A stretch of DNA of 62,682 bases, the filler included, from Candidatus Fermentibacterota bacterium (GTDB taxonomy: Bacteria > JAFGKV01): assembly GCA_016928395.1 (NCBI GenBank). It is 8 parts of 8 records of this genome, joined end to end, with 100 filler letters (N's around TTAATTAATTAA, not from the genome) between each part and the next. Parts side by side here need not be neighbours in the genome. Positions count along the whole stretch, not along the records: positions 14,809 to 37,337 come from JAFGKV010000277.1; positions 37,438 to 40,045 come from JAFGKV010000278.1; positions 40,146 to 49,600 come from JAFGKV010000044.1; 5 more parts are not named here. One strand, written 5' to 3'. This document shows, one piece after another, positions 34,370 to 44,402 of the stretch. How positions within the stretch are numbered: the first letter of the stretch is position 1; each line of letters opens with the position of its first letter. A model generated the notes under the pieces. It did no database searches, had not been told where the DNA came from, and was given only the letters and a program-made list of their open reading frames with translations. The position numbers and the translations under genes are program-made.

Positions 34370-37195
34370 ATGAGACGACGATTCTCGATATCACCACACT
34401 GCACGAATCGACGCGTCTTTGCGGCGGGAGCCGCCCTTTGGCTCGTCGTCGCTTCCCCTTCGGCCCGGGCCGATACCCCCCCGCAGCTCACGGTACTGGC
34501 ACCCAGCCTTGCGAGCCCCCGCATCGTTTCGGTCGGCGAGTTTTCCCAGGATGTGCTTGAGGATCCGTGGGATTTCGACACCCTCGCCGACGCAACGCTC
34601 TACTACAATATGGGCAGCCCGTCCGTGAGCAACGGAATCCTGACAGCCACGGCCGCGACCAATGATCCATACCTCTTTCTTCTTCATCCCGGTTACGCCA
34701 GCGCCCAGACCATCGGACGAACCGGGATCGCCTACCCCATCGACCCCGCCACGTACCGGCTTCTCTCGATCCGAATGAATGTGAGCGCCTCCTCTGGCAT
34801 GTATGTCTACTGGTATCGGGGTAGTCTTGGATCGCCGGGTGCGACCCTTCACAACTCGACCCCCATCTGGCTGAACCCCGGCTGGGCCATCTACCATGTG
34901 CGATTGGATAGCGTCTCATCGAACTGGCTCACCGGTTCGGGCGGCAGCAACCTCATCAACGGCCTTCGCATCGATCCGACGTATGCCGCAGGCAGCACCA
35001 TCCAGATCGATTGGATCAGGTTGTCCGAACCCGGCGGCAACGCCACCAAGGCTACCATCAAGTGGATTGCCTCCGATGACATAAGTGCCTCGGTGCGCGT
35101 CCACCATGACGCAAACAACACCGGGTTCGACGGAACTCTCATCTGGGGCCCGGTACCGGCGACGGGGCAAGTCGACTCGATTCGCTGGTCCACTGCCCAT
35201 CTTCCTCATCCGGGGGGATACATCTACCTCTCCGTCACAGATGGGGTCAATCCGATCGTGCGCGCCTACTCTCCCGGCCCCCTGAAGGTGAACGACGTGC
35301 CGTCGGTGATCATCACCGATCCCGATGAACTGGGACCCTATGAGTTCGCCGCGGAAGTGCAGGGAAACTCTTGGGACATGAGCGGATGGGAAGACATCGG
35401 TGCGGTGTACAATGTCTCGAACCCATCCTTCTCCAACGGCGTCTTCTGGGGAACCAGCACCAACGACGACTCGCAGATCTTCGCTGCCCTGAGCCACCCC
35501 ATCACTACCCGACGCTACGGCGCGGCGCTCATCCGCCAATGGGTCGATCGGTGGACCGTCATGCGGCTTCTGTGGCGGCACACGACGACCTCAAGCTGGC
35601 ACACGACGGATGACTTCGTCATGCATCCACCCACAGGCCCCGGCTCGGTCTTTGGCCCGGTCTGGAATGAGTATCGCGTCGCTGACCTGACAGAGCTGAT
35701 CATGGAGCCCACCAGCCAGGCGTGGAGCGGGAGCATTGAGTCCATTTTCCGCCTTGACCCCAACGAACATGCCACCAGCCTATTCGGCCTCGATCACCTC
35801 CTCCTGTTCACCCACGACATGGCTGACAGCAGCTTTACTCTGCGCTGGGACCTATCGGATGCCGACGACCTGGTGGATCTCGCGTGGTACTATAAGACCT
35901 CGCTCACCGCGTCTGATTCGACCCTCATCACCTCCCTGGATGCCGTTACCCAAGGGCAGGGATCCTTCCAATGGGACATGAGCGGTCTTTCCGGAGGCGA
36001 CTACTACGTGTCATGTGTCGCGAACGACGGTCTCAATGCGGTGACACACAATGCCCGAGGGGTTCTGATCCTGAATCGGAAACCATGGTTCTCCTTCGTT
36101 CACCCCGGGGAAGGCGATCAGGTGGCGCCGGGCGAGGACTTTGCGACTGATACCTTGGGTGACGCGTGGGATATGGGTTCATCCGAAGATGTAGACGTCA
36201 TCAGCGGATTCTACTCGGATTCCACCACATGGAACGGAGGCGTCTTCCGCAGCGTATCCGACTGCACTGATCCTTATCTGCTGTGGCTTCCCCCCTCCCC
36301 CATCGTGGCCTCCGCTCACCCGACCCTCTCCTTTAGCATGTTTCTCGATGATCCCCAGAACCGGAATCTGAACATCGTCGTAAACTGGTATGCCAATGGC
36401 CAGTGGTCATGGACTGACAATATCCCCGCGTCCGAGGGTTGGCACGTCTACTCCATAGACATGAGCGCCCACCCCAACTGGTCCGGCAATGTGACCCGGC
36501 TCCGGCTCGACCCCGTATACCTCGCCAACGTGATCATCGCCATCGACTGGGTGCGGCTCCCTGTACCCAATTCGTCTACCTTCGATATCGCCTGGGAGGA
36601 CAGTGATCCGGATGACGACGCACTCATTGACCTTATCGCGTATCAGGGCTCATGGGGAGGATCACGGATTCCCATCACCCAGGGCATTCACGAGAACAGC
36701 ACGGTGGATCACTTCGCCTGGGATGTCTCGTTCCTGCCTGCCGGGTCCTACTACCTTCTCGCCACCCTCGATGACGGGATCAACAGGCCCGATACCCTGT
36801 ATGCGCCGTACCCCCTCACTATCGCCCATCCGCCGACGACTCCGGTCACCATTTCCGGATCCCTCGCTGAGAACGGCACGCTCGTGCTCACCTGGTCGCC
36901 CGCTGAGGGCAGTGTCTCCGAGTACCGGGTATATCGGGCACCCGTGCCCTACTTCCTGCCGTCGCCATCCCGCCTCATCGCGACGGTACCGTTCTGGCAG
37001 AGCTCATACTTCGCGGATCTCGGCGAGGCCGCCGCCAATCCGAATCTCAACTACTTCTTCCGTGTCACGTGGCTCAGCGGAAACACCGAGTCACCACCTA
37101 GTAATACCATAGGCGAGTTTGACTTTGAGACCGATCCAACGGTGAGCGGCGTTCCCATCATCCCACCATCCAACGAGCACGACTCGCCGACCTAG
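34370..37195 (+). CDS. Large secreted protein with three ~265-aa beta-sandwich/Ig repeats and a GEFDF-ending domain
   Basis: Signal peptide; repeats start EFSQDVLEDPWDF / EFAAEVQGNSWDM / DFATDTLGDAWDM and contain (L/F)R(I/L)DP..(I/L)D(W/H); tail SNTIGEFDFETD. Confidence 0.85.
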   Translation: MRRRFSISPHCTNRRVFAAGAALWLVVASPSARADTPPQLTVLAPSLASPRIVSVGEFSQDVLEDPWDFDTLADATLYYNMGSPSVSNGILTATAATNDPYLFLLHPGYASAQTIGRTGIAYPIDPATYRLLSIRMNVSASSGMYVYWYRGSLGSPGATLHNSTPIWLNPGWAIYHVRLDSVSSNWLTGSGGSNLINGLRIDPTYAAGSTIQIDWIRLSEPGGNATKATIKWIASDDISASVRVHHDANNTGFDGTLIWGPVPATGQVDSIRWSTAHLPHPGGYIYLSVTDGVNPIVRAYSPGPLKVNDVPSVIITDPDELGPYEFAAEVQGNSWDMSGWEDIGAVYNVSNPSFSNGVFWGTSTNDDSQIFAALSHPITTRRYGAALIRQWVDRWTVMRLLWRHTTTSSWHTTDDFVMHPPTGPGSVFGPVWNEYRVADLTELIMEPTSQAWSGSIESIFRLDPNEHATSLFGLDHLLLFTHDMADSSFTLRWDLSDADDLVDLAWYYKTSLTASDSTLITSLDAVTQGQGSFQWDMSGLSGGDYYVSCVANDGLNAVTHNARGVLILNRKPWFSFVHPGEGDQVAPGEDFATDTLGDAWDMGSSEDVDVISGFYSDSTTWNGGVFRSVSDCTDPYLLWLPPSPIVASAHPTLSFSMFLDDPQNRNLNIVVNWYANGQWSWTDNIPASEGWHVYSIDMSAHPNWSGNVTRLRLDPVYLANVIIAIDWVRLPVPNSSTFDIAWEDSDPDDDALIDLIAYQGSWGGSRIPITQGIHENSTVDHFAWDVSFLPAGSYYLLATLDDGINRPDTLYAPYPLTIAHPPTTPVTISGSLAENGTLVLTWSPAEGSVSEYRVYRAPVPYFLPSPSRLIATVPFWQSSYFADLGEAAANPNLNYFFRVTWLSGNTESPPSNTIGEFDFETDPTVSGVPIIPPSNEHDSPT

Positions 37196-37211
37196 TGTCA
37201 TCTGTACGGCC

Positions 37212-37337
37212 ATGCATTCTGACGCACTGCGGTGGATACAACAACTCGGCCTGGCTCCCCACGCTGAAGGCGGATACTTCGCGGAAACGTATCGCGCCGA
37301 ATTGACCATTCCGCATCAGGTGCTTCCCGGGCACTAT
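37212..37337 (+). CDS. Cupin_5 (DUF985) protein, N-terminus only
   Basis: MHSDALRWIQQLGLAPHAEGGYFAETYR; not in the ORF track and cut by the gap. Confidence 0.85.
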
Positions 37338-37566
37338 NNNNNNNNNNNNNNNNNNNNNNNNNNNNNNNNNNNNNNNNNNNNTTAATTAATTAANNNNNNN
37401 NNNNNNNNNNNNNNNNNNNNNNNNNNNNNNNNNNNNNGACTGCCGTCACCGGCTGCCAACCCGCCGCGCAAAACCATGGGTGGGCCCATCCAGCCACAGC
37501 AAATGTGGGTTATTCAGCGGAATCACATGTCAAGGCCTGACCCTAGGCAGCTCCACTCGAGTTGTT

Positions 37567-38057
37567 GGACGATGTGCACAGCCACCCCCAGTGGCGTGTG
37601 TCCTGCCGACGGAATGAAGAGCCGCAGGCACCGATGTGTGAAAGACATCGATAAAAGGAACCTGCCGCTTTGTCTCCGTCAATGGTCGCGTTCGCGCCTT
37701 GGATCAGGCCGTCCTCGGATGCTGTTCCGCCGATCTTACGTTGGCCACTGGCGACAAGTCGGTTCAGGCATCGGTTCAGAAGTCGTCCGACTACCTAAGA
37801 CGGAACGGATGAGCGGGGCGTTGTGCTGCATGAATGCAGTCGGGATGGTTGGCAGTTTGGGAATGGCGGAGCGGGAGAGGCGAGATTGGACCACCCTGGC
37901 CACTATTCTCACCTGAGAATAGTGGGGGCCAGTGGGCTTGGAGCAGGCTGCACGCGGCCAGGCGTCCGCCAGTTGGCAGGTTCCTTGCTCCTTCACCGTG
38001 CGACTCTTCCATTCGCTCCACCTCGCCGATTATCCGGCGCGTTCCCTACGTTCCGAG
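37567..38057 (-). repeat. Copy of the multi-copy non-coding element (inverted, ends missing)
   Basis: Reverse complement aligns by eye to about 58441-58934, including the CACTATTCTCACCTGAGAATAGTG hairpin. Confidence 0.9.
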
Positions 38058-38105
38058 GCCTCACCCAGGTCGGCCGGTGCATCGCCCAACCCGGATCTGT
38101 GTGCT

Positions 38106-38369
38106 CTAGACCGACCGATACACATCCTTCCGGTGTGCGATCTGGACCACTGTGACGGTGACTGACAACTCCTGAATCTGGTACACGACACGGTAGATCC
38201 CGGACCGTAGCCGGTAGAAGTCGGCAATGCCCGAGAGCTTCTTGGCGCCCGGCGGACGAGGGTTCTCTGCAAGTTGATCAATGTGGTGAGCGACCTGCCT
38301 TCGATGCTTTGCCGGCAGCGCCGCGAGCTGTCGCAACGCACCGGGACGGATGACAATCCGATAGCTCAC
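38106..38369 (-). CDS. RelE/ParE family toxin
   Basis: LAENPRPPGAKKLSG..YRLRSGIYRVVYQI..IAHRKDVYR. Confidence 0.92.
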   Translation of the reverse strand: MSYRIVIRPGALRQLAALPAKHRRQVAHHIDQLAENPRPPGAKKLSGIADFYRLRSGIYRVVYQIQELSVTVTVVQIAHRKDVYRSV

Positions 38370-38372
38370 GCT

Positions 38373-38621
38373 TCACAGCCCGAGTTGCCGCTTCGCATCC
38401 TCCCATGGGATGCTCTCCCCGCCTTCCTCGATAGCCTTCTGTGCCGCGGCCACATCCATCCGGTCCTCGATCTGCTCGAGTATGGCGGCATCCTCCACTG
38501 ACACGAGCACTGCGAGGGGGCGGTTGCGCCGCATGATCGTGACGCGCTCTCCGGCATACACCACACGGTTGATAGCATCGCTGAGGTTCTTCCTAAGCTC
38601 GCTGGCAAGTACGTGTTGCAT
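38373..38621 (-). CDS. Phd/YefM family antitoxin
   Basis: ASELRKNLSDAINRV..GERVTIMRRNRPLAVLVS..IPWEDAKRQLGL, directly upstream of the toxin. Confidence 0.92.
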   Translation of the reverse strand: MQHVLASELRKNLSDAINRVVYAGERVTIMRRNRPLAVLVSVEDAAILEQIEDRMDVAAAQKAIEEGGESIPWEDAKRQLGL

Positions 38622-38971
38622 GATCTATCCTCCTGTACGAATAAACTGCTTGTACAAGAAGGGCGCCCGAGCAGGGTATGTCAAGGGCGCCACGATCACC
38701 GTAGGCGAGGCATGCAGGGTTCCGGCGATAGGGACCAGGTTCCCCAAACGCGTGTGACGTGGAGGGATCATCGTGGACACGACGGATGCGCCTTGACTGG
38801 CGTACTACCTCAGCATCGCCAGAGCGGGACCAGGAGCACCGGAGGGGCCTTCGGTGAATCGACGGCCATGTACGTCATTGAGCGTGCAGGAAGTCGGTGC
38901 AGGCGGTGGGAGGCCGATATGATCGGGTCAACTGGGGAGGGCGTCCCCGGAGCCCGCCACAGGTAACCGTC

Positions 38972-39098
38972 GCTTGGCCCCGCACCTCCGGATGCGGGGG
39001 ATGGTGCCGGGGTGGCGCTCCCATAGATCGCTCCCCCTCCATCCTGCTGTCACGTGTCAAAGCTTGGCCCCGCACCTGCGGATGCGGGGGCCTGACCC
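38972..39098. repeat. Two copies of a GC hairpin repeat
   Basis: GCTTGGCCCCGCACCT(C/G)CGGATGCGGGGG at about 38972 and 39062; a related hairpin lies near 39855. Confidence 0.65.
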
Positions 39099-39261
39099 GA
39101 GGCCGCTCCCCTTTGGTCCCACGTCTATCCCTACAACCCGCCGGTACGTGCGATAGTTGGGCACAGATAGAGCACGAAGACGATTGCCACAACTCCCTGC
39201 GCGGTAGATGTTGCTTTCGCTTATTGTGCGTTCAGGGATGAACCAACCGACGGAGGATTCC

Positions 39262-39519
39262 ATGGCACGGTATCTGATCTCCTATGACCTATCAACCAAG
39301 GTGTGCGACCCTACGGATTTCGATGAGCTGTTTGCTGCGATTGAGGAACTAGGCCAAGCTGCCCACGTCCTGGAATCGGTATGGATTGTTGAAAGTGACC
39401 TTAGACCCGACGAGGTAGAGGCTATTCTTCTGCCTATCATGCATGAGGAGGATCGAGTTCTTGTTGCCCGATTCTCTCAGGTACTTCTACGGCACAACCT
39501 TCTTGAACGTGACTTCTGA
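39262..39519 (+). CDS. Small Cas2/VapD-like ferredoxin-fold protein (stand-alone)
   Basis: YLISYDL..LFAAIEELG..HVLESVWIV..DRVLV; RBS GGAGG. Confidence 0.7.
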   Translation: MARYLISYDLSTKVCDPTDFDELFAAIEELGQAAHVLESVWIVESDLRPDEVEAILLPIMHEEDRVLVARFSQVLLRHNLLERDF

Positions 39520-40303
39520 GCCATTCTGGGTCATGCCAGCATTTGCACCATAGCTCTGCCATCTCGGCAGCGGCGTCTGTGAACAGCTCCATGGGTACCC
39601 CCAAGTACTTGACGACCATACCTCTCTTCAGACGAACTCGGGCCATCTGAGGCGGCATGGAGTGCCCCTTCTGAGCGAACGCCTCTGCAGCGACATGCGT
39701 TTCTTCCATCTCTCCTACTCCTCTGTTTCATGTCCGCCGACCATCGGTGGGCTTACATAGAGAGGACGATGGAGCTGAAGTACTTGGGAACGCGGGGCCT
39801 GTGGGGTTGGGTCTGCTAAGTGCATAATTCGTATGAGAATAGTAGGTGACATCTGCCCCGGCGTCGGCGGATGCGGGGCACGAGTGGCCGGATCCATGGG
39901 CGGGTGCCGAGGATCGTCGCCGTGAGCGGGAGTTGAGGATGCGCGATCCGATCGTGTTCATCACGGCCCCAAGGTGAAGGTGTCTTTTGAGTGAGGAGAT
40001 AGGAGTAAGGAGTGAGGAGATGAAGAAGTCAAGGGGTGAAGGGGCNNNNNNNNNNNNNNNNNNNNNNNNNNNNNNNNNNNNNNNNNNNNTTAATTAATTA
40101 ANNNNNNNNNNNNNNNNNNNNNNNNNNNNNNNNNNNNNNNNNNNNCTTCACCCCTTCACCCCTCATCTCCCCGGCTGAACCCTACCCCTTGCCTGCCACG
40201 GGGGTTGACAGTTGACGGTTCGTAGCCCACTGTTCAAGCCACGCTTTCGTAGAGGCGTCTGAACTCATGATGAATCCATCCGCCCCGTGAGGAGGCATCT
40301 ACC

Positions 40304-41500
40304 ATGAAGAGAATACTCCCGGCATTGCTGGCCGTCGTAGCCTCATGCAGTTGGCGAAGCCCGGATTTGCCGCCATCGGACCTTCTGCTGGAGGGGACCT
40401 ACACCTTCAAGAAGTCTGATCTCAGCCGCGTGACGGAGCAACTGGAGGGTTCGTGGTTGGTGTTCTCCGCGCAGGGCGCCCTGTCATTGACCAATCCGGG
40501 GTTTGACACTCCTGACTATGGCATGGTCGACATTGTGGAGGAGGGTACCTACGCCATCCTGGAGATGGCCCCGGACTCGGGCTTTATCATGATGGACATC
40601 ACACGACAGTGGCCGCCAGCCCAGGCCATCTCCTATGTGTTTCATGGCGGACTCAATCGCCTTCACTTTCAGCGGGTCTTCGCAGAGGGGGAAGAGCACG
40701 TCATCATCCGGGTCGTACCCGATGGTACAACCCGTTCGTGGGCGACCTTCGCAAAGCGCGCCCTGCCGACAATCGCTGGTGACTATACCTACCTCAGTTC
40801 AACGAGCCAGGCCCTGGATGATCTCCTGCGAGGGGCGACGGCATCGTTTGCCACCGCGGATTCCACCTTTGAACTGAGCAATCCCGTTACTCTGGAGATC
40901 GATCACGCCGACACTATCGTCTTGGTATCGGAGCGAGCTACCTATTCGGTCAGCTTGGACTCCATTCGTTTTGTCGTGATCGCCCAGGAGCCTTTTGGTG
41001 CGGACAGTCTGTTCTTCCTGACGTCGCCGTCTGTCACCATGGGTGTCGCCATCGAGGATGGACAAATGGCTCTCTCGTCCCAGGCAGCCATCCGTGCCGA
41101 AACTACCTATTGGACCCCTCCCCAGACCATCGGCGAGGTCGAACCCAATGACACACCAGCGACGGCGACGGAGGTGGGCGGCACCGGTATGTACAATGTC
41201 ACAGGCGGTGTCGATCGGGGCGGCGTCGGGCTTGAAGGGTACACGGGCGACTTGGATTACTTCCGCATCGTCGCGGGCTCTGATGGCGAGTTGCGGGCCG
41301 ATCTCTCGTGGCAGGGCGCCGCTGATCTCGATCTGTTCGCGTTCGACCCGCAGGGAGTGGAGCTGGCCCGTTCAGCCAATGCCGGCCAGTCACCTCCGGA
41401 GGGAGTGTCAGTGACGGTGACTTCGGGTCAGGAGCTGTACCTGATGATCGCCAGCATAGACAATCCCGCGACCTACACCTGTTCTGTCAAGGTGCCGTAA
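40304..41500 (+). CDS. Lipoprotein with C-terminal pre-peptidase (PPC)-like domain
   Basis: Lipobox VASC; EVEPNDT, DLDYFRI and ADLDLF motifs; RBS AGGAGG. Confidence 0.75.
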   Translation: MKRILPALLAVVASCSWRSPDLPPSDLLLEGTYTFKKSDLSRVTEQLEGSWLVFSAQGALSLTNPGFDTPDYGMVDIVEEGTYAILEMAPDSGFIMMDITRQWPPAQAISYVFHGGLNRLHFQRVFAEGEEHVIIRVVPDGTTRSWATFAKRALPTIAGDYTYLSSTSQALDDLLRGATASFATADSTFELSNPVTLEIDHADTIVLVSERATYSVSLDSIRFVVIAQEPFGADSLFFLTSPSVTMGVAIEDGQMALSSQAAIRAETTYWTPPQTIGEVEPNDTPATATEVGGTGMYNVTGGVDRGGVGLEGYTGDLDYFRIVAGSDGELRADLSWQGAADLDLFAFDPQGVELARSANAGQSPPEGVSVTVTSGQELYLMIASIDNPATYTCSVKVP

Positions 41501-41658
41501 CCTCCAGCAGTAGCTCAAAGGCTGAGAAGCATGGATGCGACACCCAATCTCTCGTCGTCCGTGGAAACATTGCCTGTCGCGCATTGGCGTATGTTCTCGA
41601 GAGCGTCTTGGCAGCGCCAGTCGCAGCCGAGACATCCGATGCTTCGGCGGAAAGACCG

Positions 41659-44067
41659 ATGAGTATCTACCTCGGCCTTTTCCTTACTTCTTTCTCCGCG
41701 CTGGCCCTGGAGATCACTCTCTCCCGGCTTCTGAGTGTCATTACCTGGTACCATCTTGCGTTTTTCGCCATCTCAACGGCCCTGCTCGGGATGACCGCTG
41801 GCGCTACGAAGGTCTACCTGAATCCACAACTCTTCAGCGCGCGCACGTTGCGCACACAGGTTGCCCACGCCTGCCTTCGCTACGCACTCGCCATACCGGT
41901 GTCACTGATCGTGTTGTGTATGCTGCCGCTCGATCTTCAGAAGTCGGTGATGAGCCCACTGGTATTCCTGTTCGCGACCATGGTCTGCGCGCTGCCCTTC
42001 TACTATGCAGGCATCGTGCTTTCCGCGGTGATCACCCGATATGACCTACCTATTGGCCGTCTCTACGCCAGCGACCTGATCGGCGCCGCCATGGGGTGTC
42101 TATTCGTGCTCGGCGGCCTTGAGGTGCTGGATGCACCGAGCCTGATTCTGGCCTGCGGCGCATTCGGGGTGCTCGCCTCGATGAGCTTTGCCGGTGACTT
42201 GGCCTCCAAGGGATTCCGCCGTGGTTCGATCGCTCTTCTCGCCGTCTTTCTGGTTGTCCCTTTCATGAATGGTGTCTCGCCTCGGGGCATTCGCCCCCTG
42301 GTGGTCAAGGGTAAGCCGGTCAACATTGAGACGTACCTGATCGAGCAGTGGAACTCCTTCTCGCGAGTTGTGGTGTATAAGGGCCAGCGAGGGACACCGA
42401 GGTTGTGGGGCCCGAGTCCGCATCTGCCTCCGGAGGTCGTGGACCAGTTCCTGATCAACATCGACGGCGAGGCCGGCACGGTTATGTGGCGCTTCGGCAC
42501 CCTGGACGACCTTACGCTCCTCAAGTATGACGTCACGAATGTCGGCTACTATCTGGATCGCCCGGGCAGAGTCTGCGTGATAGGCGTCGGTGCTGGCCGT
42601 GATGTGCAGAGTGCCATTCTCTTCGGTCATGACGAGGTCGTCGGTGTCGAGGTGAACCCGATCTTCATCGATCTGCTCCGGGGCGGGTTCAGGGACTTCG
42701 CGGGACTTGCCGATCGAGAGGGTGTCGATTTGATCGTTGACGACGCGAGGAGCTACTTGACCCGTTCAGAGAACAGATTCAGCGTAATCCAGATGTCACT
42801 GATCGACACTTGGGCCGCCACGGGCGCCGGAGCGTTCTCACTCTCGGAAAACGCACTCTACACCGTGGAGGCTTGGAAGGTCTTCCTGGAACGGCTGGCT
42901 GACACCGGCTACCTCACCGTGTCTCGGTGGCACGATCCCGAGAATGCCGGTGAAACCGGCCGCGTGATTAGTCTGGGAGTGGCTTCCCTCCTGGCTGTCG
43001 GTGTACCCCATCCCGCCCAGCATCTCGCGCTCATCACCACCAACCGCATTTCGACGCTCCTCGTTAGTCGTTCGCCTTTTGAGGAAGACGATATCCTCGG
43101 ATTGCGGGCAGCGTGCGATGAGCTGGGCTATGACGCATCATACCTGCCGGGACAACCGGTTGAGAACTCCTCCCTAGCCGGGCTCATCTCCGCGACGTCA
43201 TGGGAAGAACTGAATAGCGCGGCATCGCGGTCGGAGTTGAACTACGCGCCCCCCACCGACGAGAGTCCGTACTTCTTTAACATGCTTCGTCTGCGTCATC
43301 TCGGCGACGCTCTGGACTTTCATGCGGGCGTGCTGCGGGGCAATGTGACCGCGACACTCACGTTGTTCATCCTCCTGATCTCCTTGGGCCTCATCGCGGT
43401 GATCACCATCGTGGCGCCGTTGGTGTTGAGGCCGAGACTGCGCTTCGGCCGAGAGACGCCGCTACGGGTGATTCTTCCCGGGGCGGCGTACTTCGCTCTC
43501 ATCGGCGCCGGATTCATGCATGTCGAGATAGGCTTGATCCAGAAGCTGACTGTATTCCTCGGCCATCCGGTCTACGCCTTGGGCATTCTCCTGTTCACGC
43601 TCATCGCCAGCACCGGTGTGGGCAGCTTCCTGAGCGACAGGTTTCCGCTTGCACGGAGGCTGTCTCTTGCGGGACTTGCCCTGATAACGGTCTTCGCCGT
43701 GCTTGCATTGCGGCATGCGATTCCCCTTGTGTTTTCCGGCTTGATAGCCAACCCACTCAAAGACCGGATTGCTGCGTCGATCCTCCTGATCTTCCCGCTC
43801 GGCCTGCTCATGGGTTGTTTCTTCCCAACAGGGATGCGGCTCGCAAGAGCAAGGGATGCGGATGACACCCCGTGGTTCTGGGCCTTGAACGGGATTTTCG
43901 GGGTTCTCTGCTCGGTAGGGGCGGTGTTCATCTCCGTCTATGTCGGCATCTCGACGAACTTCTACATTGCGGCTTGCTGCTACGCGGCGAGCGGGGTCTT
44001 CCTCACCATCATGCGCACTTCAGGCGGGCGGGTGACACCTGGAAGGCCTTTCCAACCGTCGTCATAG
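41659..44067 (+). CDS. Membrane protein with spermidine-synthase-like SAM-dependent domain
   Basis: N- and C-terminal TM bundles; LYASDLIGAA, VIGVGAGRD, VEVNP, DDARS and ENALYTVEA. Confidence 0.85.
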   Translation: MSIYLGLFLTSFSALALEITLSRLLSVITWYHLAFFAISTALLGMTAGATKVYLNPQLFSARTLRTQVAHACLRYALAIPVSLIVLCMLPLDLQKSVMSPLVFLFATMVCALPFYYAGIVLSAVITRYDLPIGRLYASDLIGAAMGCLFVLGGLEVLDAPSLILACGAFGVLASMSFAGDLASKGFRRGSIALLAVFLVVPFMNGVSPRGIRPLVVKGKPVNIETYLIEQWNSFSRVVVYKGQRGTPRLWGPSPHLPPEVVDQFLINIDGEAGTVMWRFGTLDDLTLLKYDVTNVGYYLDRPGRVCVIGVGAGRDVQSAILFGHDEVVGVEVNPIFIDLLRGGFRDFAGLADREGVDLIVDDARSYLTRSENRFSVIQMSLIDTWAATGAGAFSLSENALYTVEAWKVFLERLADTGYLTVSRWHDPENAGETGRVISLGVASLLAVGVPHPAQHLALITTNRISTLLVSRSPFEEDDILGLRAACDELGYDASYLPGQPVENSSLAGLISATSWEELNSAASRSELNYAPPTDESPYFFNMLRLRHLGDALDFHAGVLRGNVTATLTLFILLISLGLIAVITIVAPLVLRPRLRFGRETPLRVILPGAAYFALIGAGFMHVEIGLIQKLTVFLGHPVYALGILLFTLIASTGVGSFLSDRFPLARRLSLAGLALITVFAVLALRHAIPLVFSGLIANPLKDRIAASILLIFPLGLLMGCFFPTGMRLARARDADDTPWFWALNGIFGVLCSVGAVFISVYVGISTNFYIAACCYAASGVFLTIMRTSGGRVTPGRPFQPSS

Positions 44068-44402
44068 ATTCGTCTGGGCTCAAGCCAAGTGGATGGGCAA
44101 CCCAGCAAAAGCCCCATCGGCAGCCGAGCACAGCCCCACCCTGCATCACTCGCACTTCGCAGGCTACGGCAGCTCGACTTTGATTGCCGGAGGGATGGAT
44201 GACTGGAATACCGAGTTCGTCTGGGGAGGGCTTTTTCGTCCTGAGAGGAGTTCTCGGCCATGGGTTGTCAGATAAGGCGTCTGTCGCAGACCCAAAGAGG
44301 AGGAGGGGGTGAATCCCCACCTCCGCCTCTTGCCCTGAAGGCTTCGCTTCGTGTTCTCAGCTGCCGGTTCTCCGTCCATCCTGAATGATTGCCGCCACTG
44401 GC

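Noticed and set aside
39262-39519. CRISPR-Cas locus suggested by a Cas2-like ORF and nearby repeats
   Set aside because: No cas1 or effector genes, and no regularly spaced repeat-spacer array anywhere in the window.
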